Source: a virus
Taxonomy: Duplodnaviria; Caudoviricetes
DNA length: 64,000 nt
Reading direction: 5' to 3' (one strand)
Virus record (IMG/VR): IMGVR_UViG_3300033076_001485
Location: 59,470-123,469 of that record
A model generated the notes under the pieces. The model saw only the letters and a list, made by a program, of their open reading frames with translations, made no database searches and was not told the DNA's origin. Positions 10,817-21,310 of this stretch are shown piece after piece. Each line of letters begins with the position of its first letter. Within the stretch, counting starts at the first letter, position 1. The position numbers and the translations under genes were made by a program.

Positions 10817-12253
10817 ATGTCAAAAACACTTTATGACGAAGCAATCGCCGATGCAAAGCGACTCAGAGAAGTTGCTGAGACAAATGCAAAGAACGCAATT
10901 GTAGAAGCAGTCACACCACGCATTAGAGAATTTATCGATAAGCAACTTGTTGGTGATAGCACCAAACCAGTTGCTGCAGAAAAGTTTTTAGTCGATGCAC
11001 TTAACGAAGGCGTTGAGGACACCGACGAAGAAGTTGTTCTTGATGAAGCTGCTCTTAAATCGCTTGTCAGTCTTTTCACACCTAAGCAGGCAACTGCTGC
11101 AAAAGACGAGTTTCAGCAGGCATTTGATCAGCTTAGCGAGACAGAAAAAAGAAAACTTCTGAATCTTATCAATGAGGAAGAAGAGGAAGAGACAGTATCG
11201 GGCGCTCAAGCGCAGGAGAAGAAAATGGACGAAAATCTTTATGAAATTGATCTTGATGATCTCAAGAGCGAGATCGCAGCTGCAGCTTCTCCTGGCAAGC
11301 CAGCCCCTGGCCTCAAGGCAAAGCCCGCTGCAATGCCACCTAAGCCCGGCGCACCAATGAAGAAGCCTGCCTCCATGCCAGTCTTCGAAGACGACATGAT
11401 GGATGACGAGAGTGCACTCGACGAGATGGACGAGCTAGATCTCGATGAGCTTAATGAGTCATCACTTGCTATCGATCTCGGTGATCTCGAGCTCCCAGAG
11501 GACTTTATGCCCACCGTTCGCGTCGTCCCTGATGAAGAAGAAGAGGACGAAATGCTTTCAGGCGAAGAGGCAGAAGGTATGGAAGATGGCATGGAAGCAG
11601 CATCTGACGAAATGCCAGAAGAGGAGACAACAGCTCCTGTTGCTGAGACCTTCTACGTCGATGAGAACATGCTTCGTCGCGAGCTTCTACGCCTCCGTGA
11701 GGCACGCAAGCAGAAGGAAGATAAGCTTCTTCCCAAGAAGAGCCTCAAGAGCGCGTCACATGTCAAGGCAGCTGCAAAGGCATTTGGCGATGCTTCAATT
11801 GAGGAGGTTGACGAGGTTGAAATGAACGCTCTCGATACAGCCAAGAAGCACAAACTTAAGAAATTAAAAGAGGCACGTGATAATCGTGAACTCGAAAACA
11901 AGCTCAATGAATACAGAAGCGCAGTTGAAACGCTTCGTGAGCAAATGACTGATATGAATCTCTTCAACGCCAAGTTGCTCTACGTCAACAAGATGTTGCA
12001 GTCGAAAGAATTGACGCCTAAACAACAGAAGGTAGTCATCGAGGCAATTGACGGTGCAAGCACACTTCGCGAAGTGAAGATGCTTTACAAGAGCCTTACT
12101 GAGTCACTCACAGGAGGAAATGGTTCCTCGCTGAATGAGTCAGCTTCAAGGTTCAATGCCGGTGGTTCTTCTAGAGCCACATCATCCTCAGCTGCTCGCA
12201 CAACCGAGACAGCAGAAGTTGACCGTTGGGCTCGTCTCGCCGGTCTCAAGTAA
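10817..12253 (+). CDS. Prohead scaffold/core protein (gp22-like role)
   Basis: Highly acidic, coiled coil, many L-x-E sites, C-terminal RWARLAGL; immediately upstream of the major capsid gene. Confidence 0.8.
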   Translation: MSKTLYDEAIADAKRLREVAETNAKNAIVEAVTPRIREFIDKQLVGDSTKPVAAEKFLVDALNEGVEDTDEEVVLDEAALKSLVSLFTPKQATAAKDEFQQAFDQLSETEKRKLLNLINEEEEEETVSGAQAQEKKMDENLYEIDLDDLKSEIAAAASPGKPAPGLKAKPAAMPPKPGAPMKKPASMPVFEDDMMDDESALDEMDELDLDELNESSLAIDLGDLELPEDFMPTVRVVPDEEEEDEMLSGEEAEGMEDGMEAASDEMPEEETTAPVAETFYVDENMLRRELLRLREARKQKEDKLLPKKSLKSASHVKAAAKAFGDASIEEVDEVEMNALDTAKKHKLKKLKEARDNRELENKLNEYRSAVETLREQMTDMNLFNAKLLYVNKMLQSKELTPKQQKVVIEAIDGASTLREVKMLYKSLTESLTGGNGSSLNESASRFNAGGSSRATSSSAARTTETAEVDRWARLAGLK

Positions 12254-12286
12254 TTTAATTTGTTCGTATTCAAGGAGTAATATATT

Positions 12287-14221
12287 ATGTCAAAGGCATT
12301 TAGCCTTAATCACCTCACAGAGGGCATTAAGGATCGTAATAACAGCGTCGAGGGTCAGCGTCTCGTTGAGAAGTGGACCCGCACCGGTCTTCTCCGCGGC
12401 CTCGAGGGCCCAAAGCGTGACAACATGGCACGCCTCCTCGAGAACCAGGCAGCCCAGGTTCTTCGTGAGGTCAACAGCATCGGCAATGGCGGCGGCAGCA
12501 CCACTTCTTCTGGTGACATCCGCGGCTTTGCTAACATCGCATTCCCCATCGTCCGCCGCGTGTTCGGTGGTCTCGTGGCTAACGAGCTCGTCTCCATCCA
12601 GCCCATGAGCCTCCCATCCGGTCTCCTCTTCTACCTAGATTACACCTACGGCACCAACGTCGGTGGTAATCTCGGCGCAGACGGTCTCGGCACAAGCGCA
12701 GTGAGCACATACACCGCAGGCAAGTCAATCTACAACAACCCAACCGGTAAGGGCATCCGCAGCGGATCTCTCGCCACCGGTGGCCAGTACGACCTCGTCG
12801 GCACATCCTACTCACAGGTCCACCAGAAGAATGCCAATGTCCAGCTCTGGGCATCTGGTGCATTCCACACCGGCAACTCAATTGTCGCTGGCATCTCTGC
12901 ATGGGCAACTGGCACTGACGGCAAGCTCCTCGGCTTCGACCCACAGATCACCAACCTCATCGAGGCAAATAGCGGCGGTCCAGGTGCAACAGCAGGCGAC
13001 GGTGTATTCTCCTTCGCAGTCCTCAAGACAAGCGGCTTCACCAACCTCGACGCAACTCAGGTGAAAGACATTTCTCTCTTCAGCAACGGTCTAACAGTAA
13101 CCATTCCCAACATGGGTCTGGCTACAATCGGCGAGACTGTTCAGGGTGGTTCAGGTCTCCTCAACGTTCGTCGCCTCAACCAGCTCGGAACATTCTCCGG
13201 CGGCGTCTTCACACCAAACCCACTCGTTGATCTTGCAGCTTCAAATGCCGCAATCCTCACCGTTGTGTCAGGCGTCTTCACACCTGCAGCATCCGTTGTA
13301 ACAGGCCCCTTCCTCTCAGCATCATACGTCGTCTCCGACGCCTTCAGCGCTGATCCCAACGATGCATCCGCACTCACCGTCCCAGTCTTCGAGTCTGACT
13401 TTGGACCATCCGGTGCAGGTTACAGCCCAACACCCGTCATCCCCGAGATCGACATCAAGATCGAGTCCATCGCGGTAACTGCAACGACCCGCAAGCTCCG
13501 CGCTCGCTGGTCACCAGAGCTCGCTCAGGACCTCAATGCTTACCACAGCATGGATGCCGAGGTTGAGCTCACCCAGATCCTCTCAGAGCAGATCGCTCTC
13601 GAGATCGACCGCGAGATCCTCAACGACCTCCTCACTCAGGCCAACGGCGCTAACTTCTTCTGGAGCCGCGCTCCTGGCAAGTTCGTCAACAAGGTCACCG
13701 GTGCTGAGATCCTTCAGGGCACCAACTCACCCGGCCCCCAGTTCACTGGTACCGTTCGTGAGTGGTACGAGACCCTCATCGAGACCATCATCGACGTTGC
13801 TAACGAGATCCACCGCAAGACCCTCCGTGGCTCGGCCAACTTCATCGTGGTTTCACCCGATGTCGCCACCGTCCTCGAGGCTTCAGTGCTCTACAAGCCC
13901 AGCTACAGCCTCGACGGCCAGGGCCAGGTCGGCAGCGGCTTCTCCATCGGTGCAACCCCCGTTGGCAGCCTCTCCAACCGCTTCACCGTCTACAAGGACC
14001 CCTACTTCCCACGTAACAAGATCCTCGTCGGTTACAAGGGTGGTAGCTACCTCGAGACCGGCTACGTCTACGCTCCTTACGTCCCACTGATCGTCACCCC
14101 CACCATCTTCGCTCCAGAGGACTTCACCCCACGTAAGGGCGTGATGACTCGCTACGGCAAGAAGATGGTCCGCAGTGACTTCTACGGCACCGTAACCTGC
14201 CTCGACATGAACATCATCTGA
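12287..14221 (+). CDS. Major capsid protein (T4 gp23-like) with a large internal insertion
   Basis: LLENQ, VRRVFGGLVANELVSIQPM, TRKLRARWSPELAQDLNAYH, EIDREI, YAPYVPL, FTPRKGVMTRYG; strong codon bias; SD AAGGAG. Confidence 0.96.
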   Translation: MSKAFSLNHLTEGIKDRNNSVEGQRLVEKWTRTGLLRGLEGPKRDNMARLLENQAAQVLREVNSIGNGGGSTTSSGDIRGFANIAFPIVRRVFGGLVANELVSIQPMSLPSGLLFYLDYTYGTNVGGNLGADGLGTSAVSTYTAGKSIYNNPTGKGIRSGSLATGGQYDLVGTSYSQVHQKNANVQLWASGAFHTGNSIVAGISAWATGTDGKLLGFDPQITNLIEANSGGPGATAGDGVFSFAVLKTSGFTNLDATQVKDISLFSNGLTVTIPNMGLATIGETVQGGSGLLNVRRLNQLGTFSGGVFTPNPLVDLAASNAAILTVVSGVFTPAASVVTGPFLSASYVVSDAFSADPNDASALTVPVFESDFGPSGAGYSPTPVIPEIDIKIESIAVTATTRKLRARWSPELAQDLNAYHSMDAEVELTQILSEQIALEIDREILNDLLTQANGANFFWSRAPGKFVNKVTGAEILQGTNSPGPQFTGTVREWYETLIETIIDVANEIHRKTLRGSANFIVVSPDVATVLEASVLYKPSYSLDGQGQVGSGFSIGATPVGSLSNRFTVYKDPYFPRNKILVGYKGGSYLETGYVYAPYVPLIVTPTIFAPEDFTPRKGVMTRYGKKMVRSDFYGTVTCLDMNII

Positions 14222-14243
14222 TGTTCTAGCCACTAGGCAAACA

Positions 14244-14274
14244 GGCGGCCACCCTTCGGGGTGGCCGTTTTGTT
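14244..14274 (+). terminator. Rho-independent terminator after the major capsid gene
   Basis: CGGCCACCC-TTCG-GGGTGGCCG (14246-14267, C(UUCG)G tetraloop) followed by TTTTGTT. Confidence 0.9.
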
Positions 14275-14413
14275 ATGGAAAATACGCCAGAGATCACCAG
14301 ATGAGGCGCATGATATTTAGTTCTATGTGATGTTATTTACATCATAAGACGCGAAATAGATCTGATTTTTTACTACAGTTCAATTCGTGATATTTATTTT
14401 AATAGGAGTTATC

Positions 14414-14821
14414 ATGGGAAGACGTTGGTGGCAAAAAGAAGCAAGGGTTAAAGCTGAAGAAGAACGTCTTGCTTCAAAAAGAGCGGCTGCTCTGCTTAAA
14501 ACTGCAAGTGAAGCAATCAAAGATGGTCATATAACAGTTGCTGAAGTTATTTCAGTAGCAGCTGCTGTTGAGGAAGTCGTTGAGGCAGTGTACAATGATT
14601 TTGTTTCTGACAAAGATGAAAAATCGCCAGACCAGAATGACGGTGTAGAAAAAAATAATGTCGAAGTAGAAGAATCTGTTGAGTCTGAGGAGACAACAGA
14701 AGAAAAAATAGAAAATGCTATTGAAGCAGCAGCCCCAATAGCAGCAGCAATTGTGACAAAAGTTGTCAATAACAATCAGAATCACAAGAATAATATTAAT
14801 AAAAACAAGCGTCGCCGCTGA
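14414..14821 (+). CDS. Hypothetical protein with acidic middle and Asn/Lys/Arg-rich tail
   Basis: SD AGGAG before ATG 14414; GATATTTA motif at 14389. Confidence 0.6.
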   Translation: MGRRWWQKEARVKAEEERLASKRAAALLKTASEAIKDGHITVAEVISVAAAVEEVVEAVYNDFVSDKDEKSPDQNDGVEKNNVEVEESVESEETTEEKIENAIEAAAPIAAAIVTKVVNNNQNHKNNINKNKRRR

Positions 14822-15009
14822 TGTTAGAAGAAATTAGAAAAATAATACGTAGCATTCTTCAAGAAAGAATTGTTAAATTACCCAATGGAAAATGGGCAGT
14901 TTACCCAAAAAAAGGTGGTAAACGCTTGGGAACACACGATACAGAAGCAGGCGCAAAACGTCAGCTTGCTGCTATAGAAATTTCTAAGAAAATGCACGGT
15001 TCACGTTAG
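14821..15009 (+). CDS. Small basic hypothetical protein
   Basis: TGATG-coupled 62-aa ORF with GKW.V..K.G.RLGTH...AKRQL.AIE pattern. Confidence 0.65.
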   Translation: MLEEIRKIIRSILQERIVKLPNGKWAVYPKKGGKRLGTHDTEAGAKRQLAAIEISKKMHGSR

Positions 15010-15066
15010 TAATCTACGTATGTTTACAGTTGGGCACGATACTTACAGATTGTAGGAACGTGCCCA

Positions 15067-16242
15067 ATGTCTACTTTTGCAACAACAGCAAATCCAACAC
15101 CGTTTGGCGTGTTTGATCTTGAGACCGATTATATTACTGATGCAGATAAGATGGTTGTTTTCGTAAAGCGAAAACTGGGAGATGATGTGCTCTCAGTTGA
15201 GCTTACTAAGAAGCAAATATGGGCCAACTTTGAAGAAGCATGTTTTGAGTATGGATCAATACTCAATCAGTATCAAGCAAAAAGCCAACTTGTCAATTGG
15301 CTCGGATATGCAACGGGTACACTGTCAGGATCAGAAAATCTTTATCCTCGCGAGAGCTTAGAATTTTTGACAAGATTTGCAGAACCTTACGCATCTGAAG
15401 CCGACATTGGTGGGTCTTATAATCAAATTTCAGGTTCAATTCCGCTTGAGCCCGGACGTCAAGATTACGACATCTATCAAGAGTTGGTTGATTCATCTGG
15501 AATCCCTATTGTTAGTTCATCTCTTAACACAATGAATGGGAAAATGAGAATTAGTGAAGTATTTCACTTTTCACCTCAGGCAGCATACAGATTTTTTGAT
15601 ACAACATCAGCAATTAATTATTTAAATAACGCATTTTCATTTGAGTCGTTCACACCTGAGACAATTTTCTACGTCTTACCAGTGTTTGAGGATGTTTTAA
15701 GAGCGGGCCAGCTTGATCTCTCAAACAGAGTGAGAAGATCAAATTATTCATATAAAGTCATTGGTACTAAAATAAGAATTTATCCAATGCCAACAAAAAT
15801 AACGACACCAATGCCGCGCCTCTTTATCAGAGTCAAATTTATGCAGGATCCAATACATCCTGCATTCGCTGACCGATCAATTTATGGTGTGTCAAATCTT
15901 TCTAACATACCATTTGGTAATTTGCAATATAACAGAATTAATAGCATTGGTCGACAATGGATACGCCAGTACACACTTGCATTGTCAATGGAAACGCTTG
16001 GAATGATTCGTAGTAAAATGGGTACTTTACCTGTTCCAGGCGGCAATGTAACGCTTAACGGCGCTGATCTTGTCTCAAAAGGCAGAGAGGATAAAAAAGA
16101 ATTCGTAACAAAGCTCAAAGAGATGCTTGATACCATGACATATGATAAGCTAATAGAGCAACAAGCAACTCGTGCAGAAAACTTGAGCAAGCAACTTAAG
16201 TTTATACCACCGCCCAATGGCAAAGCAATATTCACGGGGTGA
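15067..16242 (+). CDS. Neck / head-tail adaptor protein (gp13-like)
   Basis: KLG...VEL near the N-terminus, WIRQYTLAL and PGGNVTLNG near the C-terminus; first large gene after the capsid gene. Confidence 0.8.
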   Translation: MSTFATTANPTPFGVFDLETDYITDADKMVVFVKRKLGDDVLSVELTKKQIWANFEEACFEYGSILNQYQAKSQLVNWLGYATGTLSGSENLYPRESLEFLTRFAEPYASEADIGGSYNQISGSIPLEPGRQDYDIYQELVDSSGIPIVSSSLNTMNGKMRISEVFHFSPQAAYRFFDTTSAINYLNNAFSFESFTPETIFYVLPVFEDVLRAGQLDLSNRVRRSNYSYKVIGTKIRIYPMPTKITTPMPRLFIRVKFMQDPIHPAFADRSIYGVSNLSNIPFGNLQYNRINSIGRQWIRQYTLALSMETLGMIRSKMGTLPVPGGNVTLNGADLVSKGREDKKEFVTKLKEMLDTMTYDKLIEQQATRAENLSKQLKFIPPPNGKAIFTG

Positions 16243-16245
16243 TAA

Positions 16246-16911
16246 ATGGCACGTCTTTTCATAACAGAACGAGAGATGAATTTTGTCAATGACATAATGA
16301 AGGAAGTTGTCAAAGATGTTATTGGTCAAAAGATTTATTATTATTCAATATCAGAAATTAAATCACGTGTTCACGATGTCTATGAAGAGGCACCAAATAA
16401 AATCTTTGAAAATCCCATTGAAATCGATGCTCTAGTAAAATATTCAGCTCAAGAAGTAAAAACGGGACGATTTGGATCAGAAGAATATTACAACATCGAG
16501 TGCTATATTCAAGTAAGAGATTTAATTGATAAGCACATAGATGTCAAAGAAGGTGACTTTTTTTCTTACGGCGACTCATTTTTTGAGATTACAAAGGCGC
16601 CAAAATCTGACGTTATTTTTGGTCAAATTGAGCACAAAAGTTATATTACTGTGTCAGGTAAACAAGCACGCAAAGGTCAGTTTATTACACGCGTTTTGGG
16701 CCCAACTTCAGAAGAATATTCAGATTCTGACGCAATTCAATCCACATTTGTTCAACAGCGCGGATTTGAAGAGAACAAACTTGGAAAGACAGGAGATGTA
16801 CGTGATCTTCAAAAGAACGGTGTACTTGATGCGCCTCTATCAGGACCTGCAGAAGTTTCTCCCCGTGGTGATCCGCAGAAAGTCGGATCGTCATTTTACG
16901 ATGAGTCTTAA
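16246..16911 (+). CDS. Neck / head-closure protein (gp14-like)
   Basis: IGQKIYYY...VYEEA...F.NPIEIDAL...GDFF pattern; synteny. Confidence 0.65.
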   Translation: MARLFITEREMNFVNDIMKEVVKDVIGQKIYYYSISEIKSRVHDVYEEAPNKIFENPIEIDALVKYSAQEVKTGRFGSEEYYNIECYIQVRDLIDKHIDVKEGDFFSYGDSFFEITKAPKSDVIFGQIEHKSYITVSGKQARKGQFITRVLGPTSEEYSDSDAIQSTFVQQRGFEENKLGKTGDVRDLQKNGVLDAPLSGPAEVSPRGDPQKVGSSFYDES

Positions 16912-16913
16912 AA

Positions 16914-18110
16914 ATGGCAGATAAGCTTAAATCAGGTTATGAGGGAACTAATGTTCCAGAAGATTTTTCAATCCCATCAGTCGGAATTGAAGATATCGAT
17001 AGAGCTGTTTTTGATCTATTCAACACACGTCTTGCTTTTGAAACAAAAGTAAATAATCAAACAAATCGTGTTCCAGTGATATTTGCCTCTGGTGAAAGAT
17101 TTGCTCTAACACGTAGAGATAATCCGCTTAGAGACAACAATAATGTTCTAATTTTACCGCTAATATCAATTAAAAGAGGCGCAATAGGTCATAAGACGCA
17201 AGCAGATGTCTTTGGGACAGCAATTAATATTAGAAAAACATCAGATTATTATATTAAAAAACGACTTGATAAGTCAGATAGAGATTATCAAAAAGTTACA
17301 AATAATCTGCGTCTTAAAAATCAAAAAGACGTTGCCACTAGAAGTCACATTTCTAATACAGATACGTCACCAGGCACACAATCTGTTGTAGGAGAAGTTG
17401 CATCTAGACGTCAAGGCGGTCCTCTAACCTTTAGAGATCCACAAAAATTTAAACTTCTTAGTAATGATCTTACAAACAATATTTATGAATTCATAACAGT
17501 TCCATATCCAAAATTTGTAGGAATTACCTACAATGTTGTTTTTTGGACGCAGTATATGCAAGAAATGAATCAATTAATTGAAACATTTATGATGAAATTT
17601 GATGGTCAAGCACCAGAGTTTGTGCTTGAAACTAGCAAAGGTTATAAATTTACTGCATTTGTACAAAATACTTTTACTAATAGTGATAATTTTGATGACT
17701 TCACAAATGATGAACGCATCATCAAAATGAGTTTTGACATAAAGGTCCCAGGGTACATTATTGCGCCAGAGCATCCTGGTCTACCTTCACCATTTAGAAA
17801 ATTTGTCAGTGCACCACAAATTAATTTTGAAATTTGGGAGCAAAATGCGCAGCTTGTGACTGACCCACAATCAATTAATTCTCAAGAAATTATCAATAAA
17901 TTTTCGTTATCAGATATAGTGCCATTAAATAGCGAAGGTCATGAGATATCGAAGCGCGGTGATGATAAATTACATGTTATTGAAAAAATACAAAATCCTT
18001 TTACGGGTCAGGAGCAAACAAGTTATTTAAAAGTTACCTCCCGTGTTCCTAAAGCAGGTGAGACAATACTTACGATGCAGAAGATTAAGAAGATAGATGT
18101 CATTGAGTGA
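16914..18110 (+). CDS. Tail terminator / sheath stabiliser (gp15-like)
   Basis: DIDRAV, VPVIFASGERF, LPLISIKR, P.FV.ITY...WT..M.EMN; lies between neck and sheath genes. Confidence 0.65.
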   Translation: MADKLKSGYEGTNVPEDFSIPSVGIEDIDRAVFDLFNTRLAFETKVNNQTNRVPVIFASGERFALTRRDNPLRDNNNVLILPLISIKRGAIGHKTQADVFGTAINIRKTSDYYIKKRLDKSDRDYQKVTNNLRLKNQKDVATRSHISNTDTSPGTQSVVGEVASRRQGGPLTFRDPQKFKLLSNDLTNNIYEFITVPYPKFVGITYNVVFWTQYMQEMNQLIETFMMKFDGQAPEFVLETSKGYKFTAFVQNTFTNSDNFDDFTNDERIIKMSFDIKVPGYIIAPEHPGLPSPFRKFVSAPQINFEIWEQNAQLVTDPQSINSQEIINKFSLSDIVPLNSEGHEISKRGDDKLHVIEKIQNPFTGQEQTSYLKVTSRVPKAGETILTMQKIKKIDVIE

Positions 18111-18129
18111 GCTTTTAGCCCGGGGACAG

Positions 18130-18137
18130 GATAGTTA
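18130..18137 (+). promoter_or_regulatory. Putative late-promoter motif GATAGTTA (sheath 1)
   Basis: The same octamer precedes sheath 1, sheath 2 and tube at similar distances. Confidence 0.65.
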
Positions 18138-18160
18138 TATTCGGCTTTAAAGTCGGAGTA

Positions 18161-21100
18161 ATGATGGCAGAGACAACTTTTCGGTCACCCGGGTTCTTCG
18201 AGCAAGAGATTGATCTTTCAGCTCCTGCAGCACCTGGAGTAACAGGCGTTCCAGTCGGTGTAATTGGAACAGCTGAAATTGGCCCCGCGTTTGTCCCAGT
18301 GACAGTTGGCAATGTTGGCCAGCTACAGCAAATTTTTGGTTCACCGCGTGCTTCTGATATTGGTTTGCAGGGAGCAAGCCAGTACCTAGAAAACGGCACA
18401 GCGCTAACATACGTTAGAGTTTTAGGGTGTGGTGCAAATTCTACAACAGCAGATTTTAGCACAACAACATCACAAGGCACAGTAAAAAATGCAGGTTTTG
18501 TTATTAAAGGAACATCACCTGCAGGCGGGTCTGACAATAGACACGTGGGTGCATTGCAGTACATAACGGCTAAACACTGGGTATCAGCATCTGCAGATGT
18601 GGGTTACCCAATTTTCACAGACAACAATAGCTTTAGCGTTGCATCAGGTGATAATTTTGTCCATCTCGTAAGAGGCATGGTCATGATGGCATCGGGAACG
18701 CGTTTGCAGATTCTTGACCACGATCAAGCATATGCACCTGCAAACGTAGCAGATGATGCAGCAACCATTGGAAGCACAGTTGGATCAAGTCTTTATAGAA
18801 AATTTAAATTAGTAATTTCTAGTTCGGCTCAAGGCTATTCAACTGGGGATGGTCAAACTTGTGTTAGAATTTTAACAGCATCTCTAGACCCATCAGATTC
18901 AGCTTATATTAAGAATATTCTTAATACAGACCCAACAAGGTTTGAAACTGAAGAGCATCTTCTCTACGCAGATTTTCCTGTAGAATCAGAAATTGCAATT
19001 GTTTCAACAGAAACAGGCGCTGTAGCAGTTGTGTCAGGATCAGCAAGCACATCAAGCACATCAGGCGATACATCACAATCATTTAGAGACGCATTTGGTA
19101 GATTTGATACGAGATATTCGTCAGCAAAGACGACATATTTTATCTCCCAACCATACGGCTCAAGTGAATACGATCTTTTCTATTTTGAGACTCTGAATGA
19201 TGGTGCTAACACATCTCAAAAATATAAGATTTCAATTAGCACTCTTGCTAAATCAAATGATCCTGCAAACCCATACGGGACATTCACAGTTCAAGTAAGA
19301 GATTTTTATGATACAGATAAAAATCCTGTGATCATTGAGCAATACCCAAATTGCACTCTTAACCCAGATGACAGTGATTATGTTGCTAAAAGAATTGGCG
19401 ACCAGAAATCATTCTTTAACTTTGATGCTCTAGTCCCAGATGAGAGAAAATCTTACACATCTGGTACGCGCAAAAATGTGTCAAATTGCATTAGAATTGT
19501 AATGCACCCAAGTGTAGAGTCTAAGAGAATTCCTGCAGATGCATTGCCATTCGGTTTCAGAGGATTGCCTGTTATTAAGACAACAGACACTCTAACAGAC
19601 GGAACAGCAGGACTTGCTGGCTTCGGATCTTCCCCAGCAAGAAGACTTGCAGGTGTTTTCCCATCAGATAGCTTAGTAGAGCATACGGGCTCTGTTTTGC
19701 CTCCAGTTCCAATGCGTTTTAAAGTTACAACAAATGCTGTAAACCCATCGGGAATATTTGTCGGTAACCCAGGTAATCTTGAATTAACCGACGCATCTTA
19801 CTACTGGGGCATTAAATCTGAGACAGTTCCTTCAACAGGAAGCGTCAGCAATGCTATTTTAAGATCTAATGATAGCTCTACATTTAATAATTTGCTAGCA
19901 TCATACAGCAAGCTTCTGGGCATTCAAAAACTAGACGTGCTTGTAACTGGATCGGCAGCTGATGCTTTTGCTAATAACAAGTTTACGTTGGCACGAGTAG
20001 CGCTAAATAATTCACTCAACGGTAGAACAGTTGTTAATGCACTGTCTGATTTAACTGGAACTGCTGAGCAGCACATGCTTGAAACAGCATATATTAGAAA
20101 TGGCACAGTTAATCCTACAAATTACACAGTTACACCAACAGGTGAGGGTAATAGACTAACATTTGCATCTCTCTACTCTGTAACATCGTCAATCTACTTT
20201 AATAAGTTCACAAACTACGCAAAGTTTACAAATATCTTTGCAGGTGGTTTTGATGGTCTTAATATTCTTGATCCCGATATGAATAAGATGAATGACAGAT
20301 CTATGTCATCAGAGACAGGTGGCAAAGCGGTAGCATCTGTCAACATTGGTCTGAATTCATCTTACACACCCGGCGCAGGAACAAGTAATAGCATTGTATC
20401 AGCATACAGAACAGCAGCTGAAATACTAACAAATCGGTATGCATCAGGAATTAACGTTCTTGTTGCGCCTGGAGCAAGAGATTCTTCTGTAACAAATTAC
20501 ATTGCTTCACTTGTCCAGAATTATGGATTTGCAATCTACTTGATGGACATTCCTGGTTATGATTACAATGGAAATCGTCTATATGATGATAGCGCTAGCC
20601 GACCTGACGTCCAGCAGACTGGTAATAAATTCGCAAGTAGACGCTTGAATAATAATTTCACTGCAGTTTATTTCCCCGATGTTTCAATGCAAGATCGCGG
20701 CGGTTCTACACGCAAGATTAAGGCACCTGCATCTGTTGCGGCACTTGCAGCAATTGGATACAATGATTCTGTATCGCATCCTTGGTATGCACCTGCAGGA
20801 TTTAATCGTGGCGCACTTAACTTTGTCACAACAACAGCAGTTAGATTGAATTCAAATGATCGTGACTTCTTGTACGATAATCGAATTAATCCAATAACAT
20901 CATTCCCAGGTACGGGCTATGTAATATTTGGACAGAAAACACTGCAGGTCGGAAAATCTGCACTCGATCGTGTTAATGTTCGTCGTCTTGTGAATGAAGT
21001 CAAGAGAACGGTTAGCAATATTGCAAGTAATTTCTTGTTTGAGCAGAATAATGCAGCTACAAGAGCTTCATTTGTTGCTCAAGTAAACCCAGCACTCGCA

Positions 21101-21280
21101 CTAGTTCAAGCACAGCAGGGTATTGAAGGATTCCGCGTAATCGTTGACGAAACCAACAATACACAAGCAGATGTGATTGCAAACCGGTTAAATGGCCGAG
21201 TCATAATCATCCCAACACGTGCAGTTGAGTTTATCTCAATTGATTTCATTGTTACAGATAATGGCGCAAGCTTTGCGTGA
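18161..21280 (+). CDS. Contractile tail sheath protein, paralog 1
   Basis: SPGFFEQEIDL, GTAEIGPAFVP, PWYAPAGFNRG, LYDNRINPI, FGQKTL, SALDRVNVRRL, PTRAVEFI. Confidence 0.93.
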   Translation: MMAETTFRSPGFFEQEIDLSAPAAPGVTGVPVGVIGTAEIGPAFVPVTVGNVGQLQQIFGSPRASDIGLQGASQYLENGTALTYVRVLGCGANSTTADFSTTTSQGTVKNAGFVIKGTSPAGGSDNRHVGALQYITAKHWVSASADVGYPIFTDNNSFSVASGDNFVHLVRGMVMMASGTRLQILDHDQAYAPANVADDAATIGSTVGSSLYRKFKLVISSSAQGYSTGDGQTCVRILTASLDPSDSAYIKNILNTDPTRFETEEHLLYADFPVESEIAIVSTETGAVAVVSGSASTSSTSGDTSQSFRDAFGRFDTRYSSAKTTYFISQPYGSSEYDLFYFETLNDGANTSQKYKISISTLAKSNDPANPYGTFTVQVRDFYDTDKNPVIIEQYPNCTLNPDDSDYVAKRIGDQKSFFNFDALVPDERKSYTSGTRKNVSNCIRIVMHPSVESKRIPADALPFGFRGLPVIKTTDTLTDGTAGLAGFGSSPARRLAGVFPSDSLVEHTGSVLPPVPMRFKVTTNAVNPSGIFVGNPGNLELTDASYYWGIKSETVPSTGSVSNAILRSNDSSTFNNLLASYSKLLGIQKLDVLVTGSAADAFANNKFTLARVALNNSLNGRTVVNALSDLTGTAEQHMLETAYIRNGTVNPTNYTVTPTGEGNRLTFASLYSVTSSIYFNKFTNYAKFTNIFAGGFDGLNILDPDMNKMNDRSMSSETGGKAVASVNIGLNSSYTPGAGTSNSIVSAYRTAAEILTNRYASGINVLVAPGARDSSVTNYIASLVQNYGFAIYLMDIPGYDYNGNRLYDDSASRPDVQQTGNKFASRRLNNNFTAVYFPDVSMQDRGGSTRKIKAPASVAALAAIGYNDSVSHPWYAPAGFNRGALNFVTTTAVRLNSNDRDFLYDNRINPITSFPGTGYVIFGQKTLQVGKSALDRVNVRRLVNEVKRTVSNIASNFLFEQNNAATRASFVAQVNPALALVQAQQGIEGFRVIVDETNNTQADVIANRLNGRVIIIPTRAVEFISIDFIVTDNGASFA

Positions 21281-21282
21281 TT

Positions 21283-21290
21283 GATAGTTA
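21283..21290 (+). promoter_or_regulatory. Putative late-promoter motif GATAGTTA (sheath 2)
   Basis: In a 30-nt intergenic gap, 20 nt before the ATG. Confidence 0.65.
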
Positions 21291-21310
21291 AGGATAAGAG
21301 AGGTTAACAA

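Noticed and set aside
12135-14233. Multiple overlapping alternative-frame ORFs within the capsid gene
   Set aside because: By-products of strong codon bias; low-complexity Ser/Pro/Arg translations without RBS support.
14275-14388. Possible small RNA or ORF in the gap after the capsid terminator
   Set aside because: No convincing structure or ORF; only two GATATTTA motifs are supportable.
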